64,000 nucleotides of DNA from the human T2T-CHM13v2.0 reference genome, Homo sapiens. Below, one piece after another: positions 42,601 to 55,680 of the stretch. How positions within the stretch are numbered: the stretch's first letter is position 1; each line of letters opens with the position of its first letter. Where the stretch lies: the NCBI RefSeq assembly GCF_009914755.1, contig NC_060930.1; one strand, written 5' to 3'. A program made the position numbers and the translations under genes. The notes beneath the pieces were generated by a model. That model saw only the letters and a program-made list of their open reading frames with translations, did not search any database and was not told the origin of the DNA.

Positions 42601-45332
42601 AGCAGAAGAGCTAGCATGGAACCAACTATTCTACCACAGCTAAAATTGGAGGTTGTAATATTGTTTAATTTTTTAATTAGAAAGTAGAAATGAATATAAG
42701 AATTTGTCATGAGCTAACTAGCACCCATGTTATACGCTAGTAATGCAAATATTGGTTAATTATTTTGAAAGTCCACTTTAAATCCACTTTATGTTATGGA
42801 ACTACGATTCTATTTAACTATCAGATCCTTGTACATTGAGAAAAAGATTAAATGTTTACAAGTAACATTAACCTTCCAATGCCTTGGGAATGTGTCAGCT
42901 GGTATCACCCAGAAAAAATAAATGGAAGTCATATTTTTAATAATACATGAGGTGCACAAGGAAAACACTTGTCAAAACTGTATAACATTACAACACCCTA
43001 TCTCTGTATAAATGCATATGTTTATAAAAGTGTATTTTCCCTGTGTTGTGCTAATCTTTTTTACTTGGCATGTTTTTAATGGTTTTTCCAAATGACCTTT
43101 GTAAAATTAATCAAGGATCTGACACTGTCCTTTGGAGAAATATGAAGAGAGAATGCTGCTTATAATAACTTTTGCATTAAAAACCAGTCAGAAAATGACA
43201 AAACAGAGAAAACATTAATACTGAAAAAAAAATAAATAAAGCTTGAAAGTGGAGCCAACTGAAAAATGTTGCCATTTTGTCAAAAATATTTTTATGGGTA
43301 TCTGGAAATCCATTTTCCTTTTATTTTCTATACCATGTCTTTATTACTTGAGATCAGATAGATGTCTCGAGATAATTTTCTATGTAAAATATACCACAAT
43401 TTTTCAAGAGCTCTAATAGTGAGAAGCATCTCAAATTAAAGATGAATAAAATCTACAGAAAATATGTGTGAAAATATATGAATACAAAGAACCCAGAAAA
43501 ATGCCTGCAATTAGACAAGATGAAAATTTAAAAAGAAATTAAATTTAGTTGTAATCCATTCCCTATTCTTTTCTTTGAGAAAATTACTACTGAAGTGAGG
43601 GTTTCCCCCTCGTAATTTAAATGTTAAGCTGCCAGATGTGTGTCTCATGCTTGAAGAGTCGAAGCTTTGCATTATTTAGCATATTAAGAATCACAGAATT
43701 TTAAAAAGGCTTCCTTTATTGCCTCGAGGTTCTAATTAAGTAAACCTTAGCCTGGTACATTTAAAACTTGCAATACATGAGAATTTGCTCTTTTTTCCCA
43801 TAGTCAAGTCACATCTATATAATAAATATGGAAAATCTTTAAAATGATATAATTTTTCTTTTGCTTGAGGAATTAAACCTATCTATTATTTTAAGAAGTT
43901 TTTAATAGAGGCCAGCAATCTAAAAGACAACTAAGGATTCAAAATACTTTCTAATCATTGCAAGTTGCTTTTCTTATTTATACCCATTAATATGTGTTTC
44001 ACAAAGGCAGTTTCATGCTATCAATCTTTCTTCTTCCTTACTCTCTGCTTCTACCGTGGTCCCAACTGTTCCATTCTCGTGAGACAAAGGCAATTCTAAG
44101 AAGCAACAAGAAGGTCATTGTTTTGGGGATCAATATCATGTTTTTCTGTGTTTGTGTGTGTCCGTCTGTGTTAAATCTCTGATCACACAGCACTAATAAG
44201 GTGCCCTTTCAGCAGTTTATGGAAAGAGTTTCAGTAGCTAACCTGAAAACTATAATCAAATAGAAGTTCTGGAGGCACACAGCATTCATAAATCATACCC
44301 TTAAATACAGTTATTTTTGCCATTTTAGAAAATGTCAAAGGTGTCAACTCTGTCCAAATATACCGCTTAACAGTGACTATTTTAGTAAATTGACTTGAAA
44401 TGCATTCAGCTAACTGACAGTTAGAAGCACATAATCTAGTTCACAGTACAAATGAACAGTTTAAAGGCCAAAATAAGCACCAAACTACAAATTCTCAATA
44501 ACTAACATTTTGCAATGACCATGGTTGTAACCACAGAACAAAATCTTAGTATTAAGGAGTTTATCTACATGAGAAACCAATGCTTAACATTTTTTAAATG
44601 AAATGTGACTTTTAAAAATCTAGTTTCCAGTTAAGAAAAAATTGTTCTAACCACATTAAAAACTATAGCCAAGTATCAAATTGGGATATTAACAGTGAAT
44701 AACCTAGAAATTACCCAAATGCAGGTAATGAGTTGATAACATCCTCAGCTAGCTGCACGGTTTGAACCTATGAACAGCTCATGGATGCTGCCAACATAAG
44801 TAGATAAATGTTTGTCGTGATGGCAAGAAACAAGAAATTCTCTTTTCATCTTGGGAAGTACAAATGAACAAACTGATCTTCAAAAATGTAACTGTTGACA
44901 AACGGCAAGTTTTATAAAAATGGAGCTTAGGTTTGGCCAGGATTATTATTATCTCCAAAGCCTAGGATGTTTACTAAAAGGTAGGATTACCTAATATTTT
45001 ATGAACTGGTTTTCTAGAAATGTGAAGAAACTTAATGGTTTAATATTTGGGGACATTTTAATATAGTTGGCAGCAGGAATGCAAGAAAACCATCCCTACA
45101 TTCACTCTGTCCAAACCACTGACTGGCTGAGTGGTTTGGATCCATCTTTCCACATTGGTCCACAGCCCAGGTCACACTTTGGTGCTACTTATGAATTCCA
45201 GCAGTTATTTGATTGAGAATAATGCATTATATTTATAAAATATTTTCCAGTTGATAAAAATGTTTGCATATGTTACTTATTTATTTTGATTAACTTTATT
45301 GCCTGTAAATATTTTTGTCATCATCCCAATCT

Positions 45333-45577
45333 AGTAGCAGTGATCTCGGCTCACTGCAAGCTCCGCCTCCCAGGTTCATGCCATTCTCCTGCCTCAGCCT
45401 CCCGAGTAGCTGGGACTACAGGGGCCTGCCACTACACCTGGCTAATTTTTTGTATTTTTAGTAGAGACAGGGTTTCACCGTGTTAGCCAGGATGGTCTTG
45501 ATCTCCTGACCTCGTGATCCACCCGCCTCGGCCTTCCAAAGTGCTGGGATTACAGGCATGAGCCATTGCGCCCGGCC
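45333..45577 (-). mobile_element. AluY lacking its 3' ~40 nt and poly(A) tail
   Basis: Y diagnostics (gcaagctccgcc, ccgtgttagccaggatgg); no poly-T or TSD at the left edge. Confidence 0.9.
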
Positions 45578-46112
45578 TGCATTCTTAAGACAGAAATAGT
45601 TTCCTACATGTATATCTTACCTAATATAATATGATTATAATGTAAGAGCAGGAATATACTTCATTATTCTTCTCAAGAATAATCTTTAAATGTCATCCAT
45701 TTCTGCCATACTTAAGATTCTATCCCTTTATGAAAGTCAGCTTCTTTTTTTCTGATTCTCAAAAATATTAAACTCTCCATCTTAAGCACAATAAAAGAAT
45801 GCAGAAATTTTAATATGCTGCTCATGAGCTTTCTTTGGTTATCATCAATTAACACTTTCACTGAACTTAGAACGTCCAAAGCTATTTGGAAAAATACATT
45901 ATTTTATCCACTACTAAGTTCCTATTGCTAAGAGAAAATTACACATAGAGATAGAGGGAGTCATTTCACCACAGTGAAACAGAGTGTAGACACACGCAAT
46001 TGTGTGTCTACCATTATCAGAGTCAACTCAGTAAAACAATGATGATTTTGTGAGCACCTACCATGTGTACAAAACTTTACAAAAATGTAATACAAATATT
46101 ATATGATATAAC

Positions 46113-46461
46113 CTCTGAGGCTTTGTTTCTTCACCGAGAAAGGGGAGATATCAGGCCCTGACCTTATATAATATTAGTAAATTACTAATATTTACTAATA
46201 TATTATGTAATAATATTAATTTATAATATAGAATAATAGTAATAATTTATTAATATAATAGTAATTTACTAACATTATATAATATAATTATATCATCAAT
46301 GTTAACAATTAGTAATATATTATAAGTTATTGATACTATACAATATTATAAATTATTAATATTATTGCATATTGTATTAGTAAATATTAGTAATTTACCA
46401 ATATTTTATAATGTCAGGGCCTGTTATCTCGCCTTTAAAGCTGAGAAACAAAGACTCAGAG
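46113..46461. repeat. Degenerate inverted repeat (~117-bp arms, 46113-46229 and 46343-46461) around an AT-rich spacer; outer part is MIR-derived
   Basis: ctctgaggctttgtttct...caggccctgac...agtaaattactaatatttactaata versus its reverse complement; about 85% identical. Confidence 0.88.
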
Positions 46462-46904
46462 ATTAAGGAACTTGACACAGGACATTAAATGAAAGTCGAA
46501 ATCTCAGTTTAAGTCTCTGCCTCCCATATTCAGGTTCCATTCCTCCATTGAATCTGGACTCATCTGAGTTCTCTCTGTCTATCCTTCCTTGCACATCTCC
46601 CACAGGCGACTGAGATAAGGGCTGCAGGGTGATGCTTTTAAAGTAAAAATAGCACAAAAAAGAACAAAAACAGAAATGTGGATCAACAATCCACTGCAGA
46701 CTTTATTCATACTAGACAGAAGAAACATGGATAATAAAACCCTGCAGAAAGTAATAGTAACAGCTAACGTTGTTGCGTTCATACTATGTACCAGGCTTTA
46801 CAACTTTCAAAATCTCAAGTTAACTACTAATTTTAAACTCTACTTCACAAATCTACTTTAAAACACTTCAGTGAGTAACAAGATTTACCAATTTAAAACT
46901 TCCT

Positions 46905-47195
46905 TCCTTCCTTGAAGATTATGCTAAGTGAAATAAGCCAAATACTGCATGATTCCATTTATATGAGGGACCTATAGTAGGCAAATTCATAGAGGCAGAA
47001 AGCAGCATAGAGCTTACAGAGGCTAGGAGTGGGAAAATGGGGAGTTGTTTAATAGGTACAGAGTTTCAGTTCTGAGAGATGAAAAAAATTCTGGAGATGG
47101 ATGATGGCAAATCCATTTAACGCTACTGAACTGCACACTAAAAAATGGTTGAAATGGTAAATATTATGTTATCTATATTTTACCACAATTACTAT
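46905..47195 (+). mobile_element. L1MB-type 3' end fragment
   Basis: attatgctaagtgaaataagcca...gggagttgtttaataggtacagagtttcagtt...tatattttaccacaat. Confidence 0.85.
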
Positions 47196-47750
47196 TTTTT
47201 TAACTTCTGGATCCCTCAATAAAATGCTAAGAAACTTTTAAAATGATGAAAGGCCCTTAGTAAAAAAAAAATAACAAAAAATAATAGGAGGGCTTCCAGG
47301 TGGAAAAAGATGGCACAAACTCAATTCTGCTTTGTTTTCCTCACTAAGTACAAAATAAGCCCTGGAATTAATCCAAGAGGCCATCAAAGGAGAATTCCAA
47401 AAGGTGTAAAGAGGTGGGCAAAGTAATTAGAGACTCCAGGACTGGGGCAACAACTTCGGGCAAGGCATGTTAAACTCCACCACCAACAGAGGACCCCACT
47501 CTGACCTGACATTTCCTGACCTCACCCTATCAGCAGAGAGTGGTCCAGGTTGGCATGCTCATCCCTTCATCAAAGGGAATTTGCCAGGACAACACCAGGT
47601 GAGTCCCACAGCAACTGTGGGACTTCTCTACTTCCCTGCCTCCAGGGAAAGCATTCGCCTTCCCTACTGCTTGAGAGTTCCTCCCCCACTGAGAGACAAC
47701 AGGTAGCCAAATGGTGGCCTATTGCAAGTGCCTGACATAGGAAGCCTCTT

Positions 47751-47945
47751 TTTTCTTTATTTTAATTATACTTTAAGTTCTGGGATATATGTGTAGAAGG
47801 TGCAGGTTTGTTATATAGGTATACACGTGCCATGGTGGTTTGCTGCACCCATCAACCCATCATCTACATTAGGTATTTCTCCTAATGCTATCCCTCCCCC
47901 AGCCCCCAATCCCCCGACAGACCCTGGAATGTGATGTTCCCTTCC
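47751..47945 (-). mobile_element. Short 5'-truncated L1PA 3' end nested in L1M
   Basis: Antisense L1PA 3' UTR; TSD aggaagcctctt (47739-47750 and 47949-47960). Confidence 0.93.
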
Positions 47946-49433
47946 CACAGGAAGCCTCTTATCAGCCTGAGGACAGAGACTGCCTTCCCTAACCCAGAGG
48001 CGCCAGGGGGCCACACCCAGGGAAACTCTGTCCTCTTAGGCATCACCAGCAGAGGCCAGTGGGAGCCCTAGAAGCACAAGTTGAATCATGGAGCCCAAAA
48101 TAGCACAACGTCATTCAGTTACCAAAAAAAAAAAAAAATCAGCCACAAATTCTATATACAGTGACTGTCCTTCAGGAATGAAGAAATAAACATTCTAAGA
48201 TGAAAGGAAACTAAAAGAATGTGTCACTAACAGACCTACCCTTAAAAATTGGTTAATGAAAGTTTCTCAAACAGAAAGGAAATGATAAACAGAGAAATCT
48301 TGGAGCATCTGGAAGAAAAAAAGCAAAAAAAAAGGGGCATCAAATGTTATGATATACAGTATTCTACGCTGTCCCTGAGTTTTATAAATCATATTTGATA
48401 ATCAGAATGAAAATTATAACACTTAACACTCAAGACAATGCTTAAAAGTAGGGAAGGTAAAGAAACTGAAATGGAAGTAAGGTATCTACACTTGATTCAA
48501 AGTGGTAAAATGTTGACACCAGGCAACTGTGATAAGTCACAAGTATATACAGTTATACCTGGAGCAACAACTATGAAAGCTACAAAAAGAGATATGCTCA
48601 AAAACTATAAATAAATCAAGATGGAATTCTAACAAGTGTTAAAGCATTGCACAAGAAGGCAAGTAAAGTAGAAAAACAAACTAAGACACAAGGGAAACAA
48701 TGAGAAAACAAACATTAATTTGTTCAGTGAAACAGGTAGATCAGAAGTAAGAAAAAATGGGAAATATATACCACCATGCCAGCATTAATTTTTAAAAAGC
48801 AGGATTGACTATATTGACGTCAGATAAAAAAGACTTCAAAGCAAAAAAATTACCAGAGAGAGTATTATATAATAATTAAATTATCCATCTACCGGTAAGA
48901 CACAATAATCTTAAATACTTATACACAAATAGCTGAGCCTCAAAAATGAGTAAAGTAAAAACTGATACTGATGAAAGAAGAATCGAAAAATTACAAATTC
49001 TAGTTAAGGATTTCAACATTCCCCTTTCACCAAATGATAGAGGTACTAGACAAAAAACTAGCAATAATATAGAAGATTTGAACAACACAATCATCAAACA
49101 TAATATGAGAAAGAGATTAATAGATACACACATATACATACACATATGTAAAGCACTTTACTCAACAGCAGCAAATACACATTTTTTCAAGTCCCCATGA
49201 ATTATTCACAAATGTCATACCTGCACTATAAAACAAACTTCATTTAATTTAAAAGAATTAAAATCATACCGAATATGTTCCATGACCATAATTAAATAGA
49301 ACTAGCATTCCATAACACAAAGACAAGAGAAAACTTTTTAAACTCCTGGAAATTAAACAATATACTTCTAAGAAATCTGTAGGTCAAAAAAGAAAGTCTC
49401 AAAGAAAACAAAAATAGATTTAGAACTAAATAA

Positions 49434-49589
<156 letters not shown>

Positions 49590-52295
49590 TAATGGGATAT
49601 AGCTAAACCAATGTTGAGAGAAAAATTCATAGCACTAAATGCTTACATCAGAAAAGAGGAAAATCAATAATCTACAGCCTCACCTCAAGAACCTAGGAAA
49701 AGAGCAAAATGAATCCAAAGCAAGTACAAGAAAGAAAATAATAGTTATAAGAACAAAAACCAATGAGATTGCAAACAGGAAAAAAAATAAAGTCAATGAA
49801 ACTTGAAGGCGATTCTTCAAAAAAATCAATAAGACTGATAAATTTCCAGCAAGAGTGACAAAGATAAAAAGAAAGAAGATACAAATCACCAACATCAGGA
49901 ATAAAATGGGATATCATTACAGATACTGCAGCCATTATGAAATAAAAGAATATCTTGAGAAGTTTTATGCTCTTACACTCAACAACTTAGAAAAAATGGA
50001 CCAATTCCTCAAATACTCCAAACTACCAAAACTTCACCAACATGAAATAGATAACCTGAATAGTCCTTTAACTATTAAATACGTTGAATTTGTAATGTTA
50101 AAATCCTACATCCAGATAGTTTCCCTAGACAATTCTACCGAACAATTACAGAAGAGTAAACATCAATTTTACACAATCTTTTCTAGAAAATATAGGAGGG
50201 AACAACTCCTAACTCATGTTATGAGGCCATTATAACCCTGACACCAAAACCCGACAAAGAGAGGACATAACGAGCAAAACCACAGATCAATATCTCCCAG
50301 AAGATTAGACACAAAACTCCTCAACAAAATATTAGCAAATTGAATTCAACAATGTATAAAAAAAAGATACACCATGATCAAGTGGGATTTATTACAAGTA
50401 TAAAAGAAGATGGATCAATTATTTGAATCCACCGTATCAATAGTCTAAAGAAGATAAATCATAGGATTATATCTATTAAAACAAAGTGAAATTTGATAAA
50501 ATCCAAAATCCATGTATGATAATAGGAATAGAAGGTAACCATTAACATCTCAACTTAATAAAAAGCATCTCCAAAAAACTTACAGCTATTGTATGTTGTG
50601 CTAAAAAAACTGAATGCTTTCCTCCAAATACCAAGAATAAGACAAGCACGTCTACATGCACTTCTGCTATTCAACATAGTACTGGAACTTCCAACAACTA
50701 TAATCAGGCAAGATGAAGAAGTAAAAGATATACAGGTTAGAAAGAAAAAATAAATAAATCTATTGCTATTGGCAGATGATGTTGATTGTCTACATAGAAA
50801 ATTTCAAGGAATCTAGCCAAAACTTCATAGGACCAATACATGACTTCAGCAAGGTTGCAGGATACAAAATCAACACACAAAAACCAATCACAGTTCTATA
50901 TACTAGCAATAAACCTGTGGAAAACAAAATAAAAAACCCAATATCATTTACAGTTGTTCCACTGATAATGAAATACTCAGGAATAAGTTTAACAGAACAT
51001 GTACAGGATCTTTGTGCTCAAAATTGCAAAATTCTGATGAGGCAAATCATACAAGATCCAAATAAACGGAAGGACATATCATATTCATGGATTGGAAGGT
51101 TCAACATAGTAAAGATGTTGCTTCTCCCTAAATTATTTTGTAAATTTAATGAAAGTCCTACCAAAATCCCAGTGTGTTTTTTAAAATAGATACAGACAAG
51201 CTTTTTCAAAAATGTGTATGGAAAGGCACAGGTTTTAGAACAGTTAAAGAAATCTTGAAAAAGAAAAATAAATGGGAGAAATTATCAGATATCAAGCTTC
51301 ACTCCATATAGCTACAATAAATCAAGCCTGTGTGATACTGGCATAGGTACAGACACCTAATGAAGACAATAGAGAAGCTAGAAATGATTCCACAAAAATA
51401 TGCCTAACTGCTGGTTTTTAAGAAAGGTGCAAGAGTAATTCAATAGCAGAAAGATAGCCTTTCAACAAATGGTGCTGGAGGAATTTGGCATCCAAAGGAA
51501 AAATAAATTGACTAAAACCTCCGTAGCTACATTAAAAATAACTCAAAATTGATTTTCATTTAGGAAAAAAAATAAGAGAAAATCTTTAGGATCTGGGGTG
51601 AGGCAAAAAGTTCTTAGATTGACCCCTAAAGCATGATCCATAAAATGAGAAATTGATAAACTGGACTTAATTAAAATTAAACATCTTTGCTCTGTGAAAG
51701 ACCCTGTTAAGAGGATGAAAAGGCAAGTGACAGATTGGGAGAAAACATTTGCAAACTACATAATCAACAACCATAGGTTTTAACTGGTATGACAGGTGTT
51801 ACGGAGAAAAAAAAGTACTATGATGAATTCCTGGTCTTTCCAACAACCAGTTCACCACACTTGGTTAAAACTTTATTTCATGAAAATTAGCCCCACATAT
51901 GACACCTGATATCTGAAAATCTGAGAAAGAAAATAAAAGATGTTTTACTGAAAGCCTAGGTGAAGGTAGAAGAATGTACTATTCATTATGGTCCGAAAGA
52001 AAATGTTTTAATGCTGGTGAAGATGCACTTGCTGATAAAAAAAAAAAAAAATACGTCATTCTAACTACAGAGAAAGTAACTAATAAGAATCTGTTTGGAG
52101 AGAAAGCATGAATTAGAATAAAGGAAAAAAATTCATGTTTTAGGTTTCTGTACTGTTTTTCACTAAATTATGCTTTCACAACCTTTTCATCCTAACTATG
52201 AGAACCGCTGGTATCTTTAAGACTAGTTTCATAACTCCCATACCTTTATTTCTAAGCAGACGTGTTGTAAGTTTTTTTTTTTACTGAAGCTTCTT

Positions 52296-52375
52296 TTAGG
52301 TTGGTGCAAAGGTAATGGCGGTAATTACTATTGAAAGTAATGGCAAAAACCACCATTACCTTTGCACCAACATAA
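52296..52375. mobile_element. MADE1 (Hsmar1-derived 80-bp palindromic MITE)
   Basis: ttaggttggtgcaaaggtaatggcgg...ccaccattacctttgcaccaacataa; 80 bp, followed by TA. Confidence 0.92.
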
Positions 52376-53791
52376 TACCTTACAAGAACCTAAATGCTCA
52401 AGATTCTGAGGAAATAATTAAGGTCCTATGCCCGTTTCACTAATTACAGCAAATTATCTCAACGACAACAAAAAAAAAGCTATGGCTTTGCAAATGAAGG
52501 TGGGTCAAACGTTTGGCTTCTAGTAATAAACTACTCAAGGACAATGTGCTATATATTAGTGATACAAAGAATGAACTTCTCACATGCATGATTGCCAGGG
52601 TGCCACCATTCAAGAACAGATTTGTTTATCTAAAATAATGATTATAATTTCAAAAGAGAGGCTGATTTTTCTCCTACCTCATGCCAAAGGATGCCAAATT
52701 TAACACATTCAAAATCCTAGTTTTCTAATTTGGATTTCCTATTGCATATGATTCCTCCAATCATATTGAGTGGATCATTCTGGACACCATAGTGTCTCTT
52801 TCTGCCAATCTTGATTTCAATTATTTCCACATTGAACAAAGTCAATTGCATGCTTCTAAGTCAGTTACTGGAAGAGGGAGAAGTCGGTCATACCATTCAA
52901 GTGTCTAAAGCCAGCCGCATGTTTAGAAAGCGTTAATGAGCCCATTTATTTGTGCAAGGTCTCACAATTTCATTTATTTTTCACTCCCTCTTGTAGTTTC
53001 ATCAGTTTGAAAAGGACAGTACTGAGCCAAAGGAGATACTACCTGCTGTGAACGTACAGAAAAGAGTCCATAATAAAACCCACTATATAAACTGAAGCAA
53101 TTGTGAAGCCAAGTCAGATAGGCTGCTACTTTGCCATGTCTAAAGAGTAAATTCTCACCAGCCAATCATGGTTTCTTTCATCATAATTCACATGTTAGTA
53201 AAAATTGACTAAAAGTACATTTTATTCCCGCAGTTCCTTATTTCCAACTTATTCGGACTGTGCATTTAGCTATGAATACTTCTGGGAATGTCCAGACTGA
53301 ATAGTGAGACCAAAGTTAAGTGTGTCTTGTCATAGCTCCACATTAACTCTTCCCTCCTAAACTGCTGCTCCTGAGGCCAGTTAGAAGCGCTCTGATTTTC
53401 CCAACCTGTTAGGTCAATTGCAGTGGATCAAATTGAGTCAAGAACTACAATATTCTTTGTTGTCAATATTCACTTCCGCATTATCCTTTTGAAAAGACAT
53501 TTGTCTAATTCTGAGGCACTGAATATGCACAGATTAAATGAGAGAAATTGGCCAAAGAAAAATAGGATTATTATCATGAATAGTTCATTCTTATCAATGA
53601 TTGCTGATTATACGTGGCATGTTTGCCTTTGTTAACATGTCTACCACAATAGATTAAAGAACACATATACACACACATTCACAAAATGGGATTAGGGCTG
53701 TGGGAGGGCAGGGAGAAAGTAAGTGTTCATTTTCCCTGCTTTAAAGAGCACACTCAGACAAGTATATATTCTGAAAAAGGGTTTCAAGCAT

Positions 53792-53896
53792 GAAGAAGAA
53801 GAGGAGGAGAAGGAGGAAGAAGAAAAGAAGAAAAGGAAGAAGAAAGAAGAAGAAGAGGAGGAGGAGGAGGAGAAAGAGAAGAAGAAGAAGGAGGAG

Positions 53897-53946
<50 letters not shown>

Positions 53947-54098
53947 GGAGGAGGAGGAGGAGAAAAAGAAGAAGAAGAAGAAGAGAAGAAGAAGAAGAAG
54001 AAGAGGAAGAAGAAGAGGAAGAGGAAGAAGAAGAAGAAGAAGAAGAAGAAGAAGAAGAAGAAGAAGAAGAAGAAGAAGAAGAAGAAGAAGAAGAAGAA
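53792..54098 (+). repeat. Compound (GAA/GAG)n polypurine tract ending in uninterrupted (GAA)25
   Basis: ~307 bp of only A and G; pure GAA run at 54024-54098. Confidence 0.98.
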
Positions 54099-55182
54099 CT
54101 TTTGAAAATGACTTCATTGGTGGCTGCCAAAAAATTGATCATTTGACTTTTGAAATGGTCTATGTTACTCAGTGGAAAAAAATGGCAAACCTGTTTGAAT
54201 AATAATACAATCCAATTGCCCTCTTATGTTTTCTTACTGCACTGTTAAATTGCACAAATACAGAGGATAAATGGATTGTGATGAATATATAAGACCAAAT
54301 AATATGTTGAGAATGTAAAATGTCCTGAAAACACAAGCTGCAATCTGATGTTGTTGATCTAATCCACACACACTTCGTAATTGGAAACATATCTCACACA
54401 CCAATGTATTGGAGTAGATCAGGAAACAGATATTTGTAAATTTTCCTCAAACCTCAATTTGGATCATTCACATGTGACAACTTCATTTTTATTGCCTCGT
54501 CCACTTAAAAAAAAGAAAAATTTAAAAGATAGCATTAAGAAAAACTCAGAATGTTTTGGGCCCTTCCAAATAAACAGATTTTTGGTCTTCATTCATGACA
54601 GGAAACAATGCAGCAAAGATTCGAACCTGCTGGAAACGTTTTAAGCCCGTCTTGTCTCTCTGTCCCCCAGATCTTTTCAGCACACCCTCCTCCCTTTTTT
54701 CTTAGCGTCAAACTGGTTCTCTACTTCCTTTACATCAGTGGGAACACTTCCCTTCTGGGTGTCAGAATCTCTCAGAGGGGTCAGGGGCTGCCCTGCAGAG
54801 GAAATGACCAGCTGTGAAATGTAAAAGAACAATTCCTTCCACATGTTCCTTTGCTCCCAGAGCAGGCAGGAGTTGTCAGCTAGCATCACTTTGGAACCAG
54901 GCAGCCCTCTGCATCGTAGTCCTGTCAAAACTAATTTACAATTAAAGACCTGCATGACTGTTTAAAGCTTTTTGAATTCCAGCAGTTTTCAGAAATGACT
55001 TTGAGATTGAAGTGGATCAAACAAAAAACCATTCTTGTAATGAGCTGTGAAGGATAGTGAAGAACCTCACAAAATAAGCCAAAGATTAAAACAAATTATA
55101 ATAATGTTTTAAAAGAAATCTGTTAATGGTGCAAATACTCACTACACCTCCAATTAACGTTTGTGTGAAATTTTCCCAGTTA

Positions 55183-55530
<348 letters not shown>

Positions 55531-55577
55531 TCATATTCAGTTTGCAAATGAAGTTACAAGGTTACAACTTCACAGCC

Positions 55578-55680
55578 AAGAAGGAGGGAAGGGAAGGTAA
55601 GGGGAGGGGAGGGGAGGAGGGAGGGAAGGAGGGGGAAGGGAGGGAGGGAGGATGGAAGAAAGGAAGGAAGGAAGGAAGGA
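55578..55680 (+). repeat. GA-rich (GGAA/GGGA)n low-complexity tract
   Basis: Nearly pure purine, G-rich. Confidence 0.9.

Noticed and set aside
46463-46657. Strong minus-strand polypyrimidine tract plus a 64-aa ORF
   Set aside because: It runs into a MIR with no convincing donor; probably a pseudo-exon.
53692-54202. 118-159 aa ORFs rich in poly-E/R/K or poly-S/L/F
   Set aside because: These are stop-free translations of the GAA/GAG repeat in several frames on both strands, not a gene.
54677-54955. Minus-strand acceptor followed by protein-like LVISSAGQPLTPLRDSDTQKGSVPTD
   Set aside because: The available donors give phase 0, which is incompatible with the phase-1 exon downstream, and the peptide is not recognised.
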